DNA of 64,000 nucleotides from Paramoeba atlantica (taxonomy: Eukaryota > Protista > Discosea). The stretch covers positions 248,001-312,000 of the forward strand of contig CDRNVI010000047.1 in the NCBI GenBank assembly GCA_977017575.1, in the 5' to 3' direction. A program made the position numbers and the translations under genes. Shown in pieces: positions 45,195 through 54,781 of the stretch. The notes under the pieces were generated by a model. It was given only the letters and a program-made list of their open reading frames with translations. It had not been told where the DNA came from and searched no databases. Positions within the stretch are counted from its first letter, which is position 1, and each line of letters begins with the position of its first letter.

Positions 45195-46555
45195 ATGCTC
45201 TGTCACACCTCTGACATTTCGACACAGCCTAGACTGCCGTCTAAGGTGCGAGGTGCAGAATTGCCTCAAGAATACGATCTCGCACGATTCATTGAGCATA
45301 CTCAAAATACAGATCCCTCATGGACCACATCAACAATTGCGTGTAATTGGCGTGATGTAGAATGTGATGACGGCATGCACGTTACTGACCTTAACTGGAA
45401 ACGTCCTGGGGAAATTGCGGGAACGCTGCAATGGAATTGTCTACCCCACACATTACTCAGGTGTTACATATGGTACAGCCGTTTGACAGGAAGGGTGGAG
45501 CTTGAGGCACTGCCACGCCAGCTTGTTGTCATGCATAAAGATACAGTTTCTGTACCTTGTTGGTACATTTTGCTAGCCCTTCCTTTCTTTTCCCGGAAAC
45601 GGGCATACATTTTCCTTTTAAATGCCCGTTTCCGGCTGACGGCTAGCGGAAACTGTCCCTCTTTGTCGTGGAAGTAGGGGACGTACTTCCGACTTTTCAC
45701 CCCTCCCCGGCTCACTCCTTGAGTGAGTTTTCTTCCCTCCCCGGCTTTCTTCTTCTCGCGCCTGTCTCTTCCCGGGAGCTATGCGCCATGGTGGCCTCCC
45801 TTGAGGACCACTGGGCGTGACTCTGCCTTGCATTATCGCGAGGCAGCGGTCGGTTGCAGTGCGCCCCTCCGGCTGCGTAAAGAGATGGTGAGTTGCCTGG
45901 ACCACCTCTACCGACTGGGACCGAGTCGGTTGCAGTACGCCCCTCCGGCTGCGTAAAGAGAGGGCGAGTTGCCTGGACCCCCTCTACCGACAGAGTCCGT
46001 GTCGAACCCCCTTTGGCGACATCCGTTGTGGGCGGATTATGTGCCGATGATATCGGCCGTCGCAGTAAGGGGATTATCTCTGCGCCAAAGAGCGCATGAT
46101 AAACAAAAATTTGGCATAACTCATTTGTTGGAAACATAGATTTAGCACTTTTGCCTAGCTACTTGGAAACAATGTTTCTGACCAACAACATGTGTACGGG
46201 AAGCATAGACATGACGCACCTTCCTGCTAAGTTATTATACCTTGATCTATCTTACAACGCATTTTCAGGAACTGTGGATCTAGCAAGCTTGCCCCGCGGC
46301 TTGTGTTCTCTCAATTTGGCTCAAAACGACCTTACAGGGACTATAAATCTCCAGCAGTTTCCTTCAACAATGACAAGCTGTCAATTCCAACTTAATTCTT
46401 TCAGTGGTCTTGTAAAGTTTGACAAACTTCCACAAAGCTTGTTGTTATTGCGCTTAAATGGCAATTCGGAGCTATACGGTGAACTAAAGAACTCTGATCT
46501 TCCTCAAGCAATGGCCGAATTCGATTATTGTGGGACAAACATTTGTTTAAAGTAA
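45195..46555 (+). pseudogene. LRR gene (member 13) split by SINE B2
   Basis: KVRGAELPQEYDL..LPRQLVVM to 45534, then IWHNSFVGNIDLALLP..TAA from ~46107. Confidence 0.9.
45535..46106 (+). mobile_element. SL-RNA-headed SINE-like element, type B, copy B2
   Basis: Full 28-nt SL exon plus GTAC; body aligns to B1; 3' ATCTC-TGCGC-caaaga-GCGCA-TGATAAACAAAA. Confidence 0.88.
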
Positions 46556-47182
46556 AGCATTACAGTGCCGGATTCTATTACGGAACACCTTAATTACGGA
46601 ACCAACATTACTCTACGGAACCTACATACTCTCCATTATCTCATACTTCTTTAAAAAAATCCTTTCCTCTGCGGTCTTGCGTATCTCACGCTTCAAGTTG
46701 AAAAAAGTATCTGGCAAATTGGGGTTTGCAAATCGCTTCCGAAGAGGGGGGTCTCGAGTGGTTCTAAAGGTGCGTTTTTCTCTCCTAAAACTACATTGTA
46801 TCTATTTATGGTGCTGTCTTTGGTTCTTTGCGAAAAAACCTTTTCCGGAAAATTTTTTGTCGGGCCAAATTTCATTAATATGGGGTAGCGAGGGAGTAGT
46901 ATCTCCCTCAATAAACAGCGCCCATTTATACAGTGCCCATTTCTTCTTTTCGTTTTAATTCGTCGATAGCCGGCTTTCGACGAGGATGATAGTCCCACTT
47001 CTCGCGCATGATTCCGATGGCGTCCCAGGAGCTGATATTTACGGACCTCCACACAATAAATAGCTTTGACCCACTATTCAATCTGAATATACTCCTGTTA
47101 AACACGTTTACGATACGTGTCTTTTTAATCTTTTTCGCACTCTTTTTTTCCTCTTGTATTTTTATTGTATCACATCCGAAAC

Positions 47183-48445
47183 ATGAGTTCCCCCGTCCCT
47201 GTTCTCTCCGAAGACGAGTTAGCACGCCGTCTAATCGAACCCAGTCACTACAAAGCCTATCTTCGCACTCTCCCCCCTTCCGTACGAAACGCAACCTACG
47301 CCCTCCAAGCGCTCCAAGAGCAGTGCGATGTCCAATTCCGTGCTCGAGATCGTGAAATCGATGCCCTTGAAAAAGAATTCGATTCCTTATGTGCGTCTCT
47401 TCTTACCCATCGCGCGGCCTTAATCTCTGGAGAACTCACCCCTACCGATGCAGAAGTGGACAAAGGATTTCCTGAAGAACACAAGGGGCTTATTGAAATG
47501 CAATCTGAAACGGACCCCTCCTCTTCTTCCTTAAAATCAAAAACGGATCCTGCACCTCCCCCCAGTGCCCTTCCCGGGTTCTGGCTTCAAGCCATGAAAG
47601 GGGAGAGCGCCGTAGCCGAGACCATCACCGAAAGAGATGAAAACATTCTAAAGCATCTCTCCCATGTGGAGTGCAAACGCAACCCGGAGGCGCCACGATC
47701 GGGATTTACGCTTTTCTTTCACTTTTCATCCGAGGCTCGTAAATATTTTACCCAGCCGGTGCTCTCTAAATCGTTTGTCACGAACTACGAAGCCGAGGAA
47801 TGTATTTTTCTGGGCTCCCAGGGTTGTGAGATCTCCTGGGTCTCCGAGAGCGTGAATGTCACGCTCGAGGCGGTGCGAAAGAAGCAGCGAAGTAAGAAGA
47901 CTAGCGCGACGCGGTACGTCACCACGTATGAGCCCTGCGAGAGTTTCTTTGCGCTTTTCGAGGTCAACCACCCGGTGGATCCGAATTTAACGCCTGAGGG
48001 TAAAATGCCGAAAATAAGGGAAGAAAAGGAAAAGGAGGGGAGCGGCACGGAGAGCTCGGAAGGGGGCTCTGAAAGTAGTGGACCGGATATGATTACATTA
48101 GCCCTGTTACGTGAGCGCGATTTTGAGTTGGGTCGGTCCTTTCAGAGCGACCTGTTTTTTCGTGCCGTGGAGTACTACACGCGAGAGGTGGAATCCGACT
48201 CCGAGGATGAGGAGGATTATGATTTCGACGAGGAGGATTTCGATTTAAGCGATGATGACGAGGAATCGTCCGAGGAGGACAGTGGGAAAGATTCAACCTC
48301 AGAGGACGACTCAGAAGGAAGCACGGGGAGTGATATGGACTCCGATGGGGCGAATGAAATGTCCGTGCCGGGCATCCGGGAAGGTTCAAAGAGTGGAAAA
48401 GGGAAGGGGTCTAATAAAGCTAATGAGGACTGTAAGACACAGTAA
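47183..48445 (+). CDS. nucleosome assembly protein (NAP1 family)
   Basis: LPGFWLQAMK, ITERDENILKHL, GCEISW, PCESFF, acidic C-terminal tail. Confidence 0.92.
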   Translation: MSSPVPVLSEDELARRLIEPSHYKAYLRTLPPSVRNATYALQALQEQCDVQFRARDREIDALEKEFDSLCASLLTHRAALISGELTPTDAEVDKGFPEEHKGLIEMQSETDPSSSSLKSKTDPAPPPSALPGFWLQAMKGESAVAETITERDENILKHLSHVECKRNPEAPRSGFTLFFHFSSEARKYFTQPVLSKSFVTNYEAEECIFLGSQGCEISWVSESVNVTLEAVRKKQRSKKTSATRYVTTYEPCESFFALFEVNHPVDPNLTPEGKMPKIREEKEKEGSGTESSEGGSESSGPDMITLALLRERDFELGRSFQSDLFFRAVEYYTREVESDSEDEEDYDFDEEDFDLSDDDEESSEEDSGKDSTSEDDSEGSTGSDMDSDGANEMSVPGIREGSKSGKGKGSNKANEDCKTQ

Positions 48446-48845
48446 CGTAGGGACTTTGATTCCAAGCTTTCTATTCTAACCTGTGCTCTCCTCTGACTAG
48501 TTTTATCCCATCAGCGTCTTCGGTCCCCTAACGATCGATATTATCTTGTTAGGAGGTTGGTAAAACTTTTTAATACAAAATTTTAACGCCATGAATGGAG
48601 CTTGTTTTTCTGTACTATTTTGCAGGGGAATAAAAGAGTTTTTTCAGTATCGCTTTTGAGGAAAATTGAGATTTTTTATTACCTACTTTTGTATACCTTC
48701 GTAATATAGCTATACCTTAGTAGTTGGGGGATATGGTAAACTGAACTGACTTAAATAGGGACATACACGTAGTATAACCCGTTATCATAGTAGAATCTAT
48801 TAGTTAGCAGTGACAGTAGCTTCTAAATTTATAACAACCTGTGTT

Positions 48846-49472
48846 ATGGTCTCAGATCGTGTGACCGGTTCAAGACATCTCTCTTATCATCCCGAAGCAT
48901 TCGAGTTCTCTGACATAGCGGATGAAAGCCGGAAAACGGGAAAAGTAAGAGGTGCACTATTTCCTGTAGAGTACGAGCTTGAGCGTTTGGTAAGTAACAT
49001 AGTGAATCCGCTTCCTTCATGGAACGCCTCCGTACCTGCACACCAGTGGGAAGGGGTCGATTGTTCTGGCGAAGGGAAAATCTTGGGGTTTGTGGTGAAA
49101 TGCAAAAGATTGATGGGTTCATTTCAATGGAGTGCACTGCCTAGATCTCTACTTAAATTCTCAGTGCACAACAACAAGCTTAGCGGGGGATTAGACCTCG
49201 TAAGCCTTCCACCGCGATTGGGTTCCCTGAACGCGTCGTATAATCAATTTATGGGTAGTATTGACCTTTGTCATCTTCCTGCAACCTTATTTTCGTTGAT
49301 ACTGTCAATGAATAAATTGTGTGGTGATGTAACGCTTGTCAATCTGCCTTCTCGAATGCGAAACCTTTCGCTTCGTAAAAACGCCGAGCTTACGGGTACA
49401 GTGCACGCACGCTTACTATCAAAAATGAGGTACAAGTCGTTTGTTGGTACAAAAATTTTAGTGCTGAACTGA
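48846..49472 (+). CDS. LRR protein (member 14)
   Basis: KVRGALFPVEYELERLVSNIVNPLPSW plus LRRs; intact counterpart of 27739-29383. Confidence 0.9.
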   Translation: MVSDRVTGSRHLSYHPEAFEFSDIADESRKTGKVRGALFPVEYELERLVSNIVNPLPSWNASVPAHQWEGVDCSGEGKILGFVVKCKRLMGSFQWSALPRSLLKFSVHNNKLSGGLDLVSLPPRLGSLNASYNQFMGSIDLCHLPATLFSLILSMNKLCGDVTLVNLPSRMRNLSLRKNAELTGTVHARLLSKMRYKSFVGTKILVLN

Positions 49473-49750
49473 TCACCAACGTAGCCCACACGTTGTGTAC
49501 ATACTAGGGCTCACTGCGTGTCTTTTCTCCTGTCTTTGGGTTAATTCTGTTCCCATTTTAATCATACGTTTTTTAGAGTGATTTCTGGATTACATTTTAA
49601 TCGGACTCGTTTCTTTTCGAGAACCGTAACATACATTTCATCTTAACTTTGAAAACAAATTAACGTTTATTTGCTCTTGATGGCATCCTTAGCTTATTGT
49701 ATGATACTCAAAAGTAAATATCTTACTACTCTGTTCGCAGCAATTGTTTT

Positions 49751-49969
49751 ATGTCCACTGTGTGCTCTGATTGTCGTCAATCCGACGTAGATTGCGTCGC
49801 CGATCAAAAAACTGAGAAATCGTATTGTTCTTCATGCTGGTCAGACTATCTCATTGCTTCACGATTAATATGTCATATTTGTCGGAAAGCGGTTGCCAGC
49901 GTTCGGGATCCAGAAGTGCAGAACAATGTTTGCGCCACATGTTGGCGAGAAAAAAAGGTAAAAAACTAA
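49751..49969 (+). CDS. small protein with four CxxC motifs (two tandem zinc-binding units)
   Basis: CSDC-x17-CSSCW and CHIC-x16-CATCW. Confidence 0.55.
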   Translation: MSTVCSDCRQSDVDCVADQKTEKSYCSSCWSDYLIASRLICHICRKAVASVRDPEVQNNVCATCWREKKVKN

Positions 49970-50273
49970 ATAGGGCGTCTGCGGTCTTTTTTTCGCTTTC
50001 CTCATTGAATACAGTATATTCGTTACCACGAATCAATTGCAGGGCATACATTTCATTTGCTTCAACGTACCTCAAGTCAAATACATCTTTTGATATTCAC
50101 GCATAACACGAAAGCTGTCCAGCTTTTTTGATCATAGAAAGTTAAAATTTATGTTTCGGTCACTCTTTTGTTTCGTTCGGTAAACTTCTATTCGAGCACT
50201 TTTTCTAAAATACAATACTGAATAAAAGCGTTTCCGTACATGCATTTCACCCAGGTGCATTTTCAAAACATAA

Positions 50274-51746
50274 ATGACCCTTGTGACGATCTACACCCGC
50301 CGCCCCGGTAGTCTCCTACGCGGCTCCTTTCCCCACCCCCTCGCAAAACGCACCCCTTCCACGGTTCCCCCTTTCCACCCACCCCCCCTCACCCGAACCT
50401 ACTCCACCCTTGGTCCCATCATCAGCAGCTCCCACGAAGATCCCCAAACCCCCTCCAACACAACCCCTACACCCTCCTCCCATCTTCCCCCTCACAACTC
50501 CGGCCGATTTACCTCGAAAACCCCCAACGGTTTAAATTCGCCATCTCACCCATCCTCATCTTCAGCCTTTTCTTCTGCATCATCCTCTTCCTCCTCTTCA
50601 CCATCATCCCCACAAGAAACGGCCTCTCCTCCATCGGGGATGAATTTTAATCCAAGTTCTTCTTCTTCTTCTTTTTCTTCTTCCTCCTCTCTCCCCGACA
50701 CGCCCCTGAACGCCCCCCCTCCCCTCTCCCCCGGGCAGCGTGAGCTCGGGGACCACCACGCCCCCCGCGCCCTCTCCAGTTTCGCCCAAACCGCAGCCAA
50801 CCTGCGTGCCTGTCTCGAGCGCGAGATCCACGAGGAGGAGGCAGCGCGCACGGACAAGCCCCCCCCGCTCCCCCTGCCCGGGGGACAGCAAAAGTGGCGT
50901 GTGCAGCACAGCGGGGGGCACAACGCAATTGTCATGACACGTGAGTTTGTAAAGATGAAGAAAAAGAATAGAGAAGAAGATTGTGAAAAGGAGAAGAAAG
51001 AAGAAGCTTGTGAAAAAGAGAGTAAAGAAGAAAGTTGTGACAAAGCTCAAGACGGCCATCGAAAGGATAAGACACGTGGGAGCTCTGAGGATGAAAAAAA
51101 TGAAACCGAGTTGCATAGGGTAACCACGGCGGTGAGTCGGATAGAACCGATTCTGGATACGGAACAAGGTCCCAAGCCACGGCATTATCCGTTTGTGCTT
51201 CGGATAGAAAAGACAAAGGAATACGTGATGGAGCTCAGTATGGATGTCGTCGAGGGGGAGTGTATTGTGGATGATGTGGTGGTGCGACGCCGGGGGGTAA
51301 ATGGAGGTTCGGGGGTTGAAAAAATAGGGTGTTCGGGGCAGCAGACCAAGGAGGGTTTGGAAGCAACACAGCGCCTAGAGGATTCGGATACGATTGTGGG
51401 AGAAAGAAGAGGATCGATGGAAACGGTACGAGGTGGGTCCGTTTCGGGTCGGTCCATTTCGTATGAGGACACAACAGAGAGGGGGGAGGAGAATTCCTCC
51501 GATGCTTCCGGTTTGTCTTCGCGCACCACAGATGCGCTACTCACACCAGAGGAAAGACAGCTTAGTTTTAAAGGCCCACAGCCTTTGGAGGACATGGATC
51601 CGAAAATGTATGACCAACTTCAGCGGTTTCTTCGTGTTCGAGGAATTGACGAGGATTTTGCCATTTTTCTTACTCAGCAAATTGCGTGGCACGAGCAAGA
51701 AGAGTATGAGGCTTGGCTGAGACATTTGGGTGACTTTATTTCCTAG
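50274..51746 (+). CDS. MAM33/p32 (p22-like) mitochondrial acidic matrix protein
   Basis: LRACLEREIHEE; C-terminal GPQPLEDMDPKMYDQLQRFLRVRGIDEDFAIFL..EQEEYEAWL; long low-complexity inserts. Confidence 0.85.
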   Translation: MTLVTIYTRRPGSLLRGSFPHPLAKRTPSTVPPFHPPPLTRTYSTLGPIISSSHEDPQTPSNTTPTPSSHLPPHNSGRFTSKTPNGLNSPSHPSSSSAFSSASSSSSSSPSSPQETASPPSGMNFNPSSSSSSFSSSSSLPDTPLNAPPPLSPGQRELGDHHAPRALSSFAQTAANLRACLEREIHEEEAARTDKPPPLPLPGGQQKWRVQHSGGHNAIVMTREFVKMKKKNREEDCEKEKKEEACEKESKEESCDKAQDGHRKDKTRGSSEDEKNETELHRVTTAVSRIEPILDTEQGPKPRHYPFVLRIEKTKEYVMELSMDVVEGECIVDDVVVRRRGVNGGSGVEKIGCSGQQTKEGLEATQRLEDSDTIVGERRGSMETVRGGSVSGRSISYEDTTERGEENSSDASGLSSRTTDALLTPEERQLSFKGPQPLEDMDPKMYDQLQRFLRVRGIDEDFAIFLTQQIAWHEQEEYEAWLRHLGDFIS

Positions 51747-53011
51747 AGTTGAAAGAAGGAGTATTCAGCGGAATTTTGGTAACGAAATCTGGTTTGGAAT
51801 TGAAGCCTCTAGCAACGTGTTATATAGGTCGCATCATTTCAGATTTTGTAACTCTTTTCCTATGCTATTGATAGCTCTACGGTATCTAGTTTATATTAAG
51901 AGCCCTAATGCACAGGAGAGAGTCAACCTCCGATCCGTTGCTCCAAGCAATTGCTTTGCAACGTATGGTCTTGTGTTGATAGTTCCTGGGCAGAGATTTC
52001 ACACATTTTTTTCAAAATGTCGCCCTATTTTATCAAAAGAGAAAAAATCAGAAGCGAGTTCCCTCAAGAACTTCCCGTGGCGTTTTGAGCGTGCGGTCCT
52101 ACTCGTCACCAGGGAAGACGAAGGAAATCCACAGGATGCTTTTTGTGGCGGACTACGAGAAAACTAACTCATATTCTAGCACAGCCCAAAATTTTGGGGT
52201 CCACGAGGGAACTGTTAAGCTCTAGGTGGAGCGCTACAAGGCCACTGGTGACGTGATCAGTCCGTCTCCTAAGCGTTTGCCTAGGGTTGACACCCTTGTA
52301 TGTCATGGGAATCCCATAATTATGGGCGACAAAGAATCATACTCAGATATTACAAGTGACCTGAATAAGTAGCGCCAAGCAGTTTCGGAGGTACTTAAAA
52401 AAATGTCGTGTCTGATATTGGAGCTCATGCAAGTGTGACTGGCACTGGCTGGCACAGATTGACACTGGCTGGCACAGAATTTTTTATTTTATCACCCCAT
52501 GTTGAGTCACAGGCCACAAAAAAAACACGTTCCGCCAGTCAACCATTTCCGGTCCCCTAGAAAAATGGCCGTTGTGGCTTGCACTGGCTGGCACAAGTTG
52601 GCACTGGCTTGCTGTGGCGGTGTGCATGAGGTCCATTGCATCACCAGACCACGCGAAAGCATGGACCGCTGGATTCCATTTGTAGTCCTTGCACGAGGTG
52701 TATTCCAAATAGTGATTGCGAAAAGCGGACCAGAGCACCGAAGAGATTATTCGCCTCTTAAACAATTCTGATTCGTTCGCCTTCCTCAGGGTGTCATCGG
52801 GTAAAGTGAACATAGAGAGGAGAAATTCACGACAAACTGAACACTGATTTATTTCTATTTTTTGACGTTACAGCAATTCTCCGTCGCAGAATGACAATTT
52901 TCGGCATTGAAAAGCGTCTACGCTTAATCATAAAAAATCCTGCTCCCCTCTACGAAACTATTTTTTACCATCGAATCCCATACTTATTTCCCCCCTCTCT
53001 CTCCCCTCTTC

Positions 53012-54445
53012 ATGTGGCGTCTCCTCTCCCCCTTCCTTTCCCGCTCCTCCAATGCCCACAAATCGAACGCCCGTCCTCGAGATCCCTGGCATGTCCGCTT
53101 ACGTTTTCCCGTCTACCTGTGCTCTACTGCGGTCATGAGCTTTGGTACTCTCTACGCTGTGCGACAAGCCCATATTCACCTGTTTGATACCACTGGGCAC
53201 GTGAGCCCAGGAAACCTTCACCGCGCGGTAACCACTCAGCTACAACAGAGAGTGATGCAACAAGGAGGAAAAGAGAAAGGAGAAGAAATAGAAAAAGGAG
53301 AAGAAAATAAAAAACAAGCTGCTGTTTCGTATGCCGATCTTTGGGAACTTCTTCTTTGGCATGCTCTCACGACACCTTCTGGAAAATTTGACAACACTTT
53401 GTTTTCTCGGAGTGATGTTCCGTGTAGGTGGGAGGAAGCTCGGCGAGTGCTACGTAAGGTTGTGGAAAATGCGGATCAACGCTCTTCGTGGGCACGTCTG
53501 TATCGTTTCTCTAAGCCTGTCTCAGAATCGGATTTGTTGGCGCTGGCCGCGTGTGTGGTTCTGGAGGAGCTCGGCGGTCCCTCCCTGAAGCCACTGTTTG
53601 GGAGAAAAGATTGCAATAGCACGGAAATGACGGCATCATTTGAAGAATCGTGGCAAGATCATAGTTGCCGTTTTTATCGTTCCATATGTAGTTATTTGCC
53701 CACTCGCTCTTCTGGGCGCTTGTCGGAAGAGGCTCGAGAACATGTATTGGTGAATCAGAATCCTTTTTTACGTGATATGACTTTTGTTTGGAAGGTAATT
53801 GCGGTAGTTACCGATTCTAGACGTTACGTTTCGAGATCTCCTCCGCTCACCGTTGAAGAATTCCGGGTTCTTGTATTGAGACTACTCTTTCCAAAGTTTC
53901 ATAACATTGCAGAAAAGTCGGTCACTACCTCACACGTGCCTTTGCCCCGCGTACTTCGTTCAGACACTTTATCCGTGCGTGATCTCGTCGCTCTTCTCGG
54001 GGGTTGTCGTATAATCAACTTTGCTCATACTTCTTCTTACGTCCCGAAGCTAATCGAGGAGAAGCGAAAGAATAAAACTGGAGAACTCCATGGTGCTTTT
54101 AGCAATCACTATTTTATGTGGCTCTGGAAAAAATCACGTCTTCTCGAAGAGTTTATTGGCCAGAGAACTCAACAGAATAGTACGAGCGAGTCCAAAATTT
54201 GGTCTGTCTGGCACGATAAACCTGGAAACCCTGAGTTCTTTTCGTTTTTGAAGAGTCAATCCCTTCAGTCGTCGCCTTACGGTGCTGAGCTTTTATTGCT
54301 CTCCTACGCCCTTCCACGTTCGTGGGTAGAAAAGTTTTCCAGAGATGAGGTGTCTTTTTTCGAATCTTTTGCTGCCGTGTTCGCTTCCCTACTGGCTCGG
54401 GGCATAGCCTCGGACTCCTTGGTTGAAGGATACATGAAGTACTAA
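53012..54445 (+). CDS. hypothetical protein, possibly mitochondrial
   Basis: 477-aa ORF starting MWRLLSPFLSRSS (presequence-like); no motif recognised. Confidence 0.7.
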   Translation: MWRLLSPFLSRSSNAHKSNARPRDPWHVRLRFPVYLCSTAVMSFGTLYAVRQAHIHLFDTTGHVSPGNLHRAVTTQLQQRVMQQGGKEKGEEIEKGEENKKQAAVSYADLWELLLWHALTTPSGKFDNTLFSRSDVPCRWEEARRVLRKVVENADQRSSWARLYRFSKPVSESDLLALAACVVLEELGGPSLKPLFGRKDCNSTEMTASFEESWQDHSCRFYRSICSYLPTRSSGRLSEEAREHVLVNQNPFLRDMTFVWKVIAVVTDSRRYVSRSPPLTVEEFRVLVLRLLFPKFHNIAEKSVTTSHVPLPRVLRSDTLSVRDLVALLGGCRIINFAHTSSYVPKLIEEKRKNKTGELHGAFSNHYFMWLWKKSRLLEEFIGQRTQQNSTSESKIWSVWHDKPGNPEFFSFLKSQSLQSSPYGAELLLLSYALPRSWVEKFSRDEVSFFESFAAVFASLLARGIASDSLVEGYMKY

Positions 54446-54781
54446 AGCTAAAACACCGTTTGTTGGAGTTCTATCCGTTGAGACGACAACAAAAAGAGTG
54501 GGACGTCAATTTTTTTGCCTTTCATTTTTCGGAGCTCTTTTTTAGCCAACAAGCCCTTTTGATAGTCCAGTGAAGGGATGTGGGTGACCCTCGCGAAACC
54601 TCGGTGAAACATAGTGAAACCTCGCTACCCGTAGCCCCTCATGTAGCCAATGGTACATTTTTAGTTTCACGAATTTCATACTCTTTCTTGTAGACAAGGG
54701 TAGGGGTTAACATGGCTGTAGCACTATAACATGCCCCGCGGGCATGTTAGTCCCCCCTCCATAAGTAATTATGGAGTAATT

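Noticed and set aside
51730-52167. 145-aa ORF overlapping the MAM33 stop
   Set aside because: Non-ATG start, no motif, overlaps the upstream gene; insufficient support.
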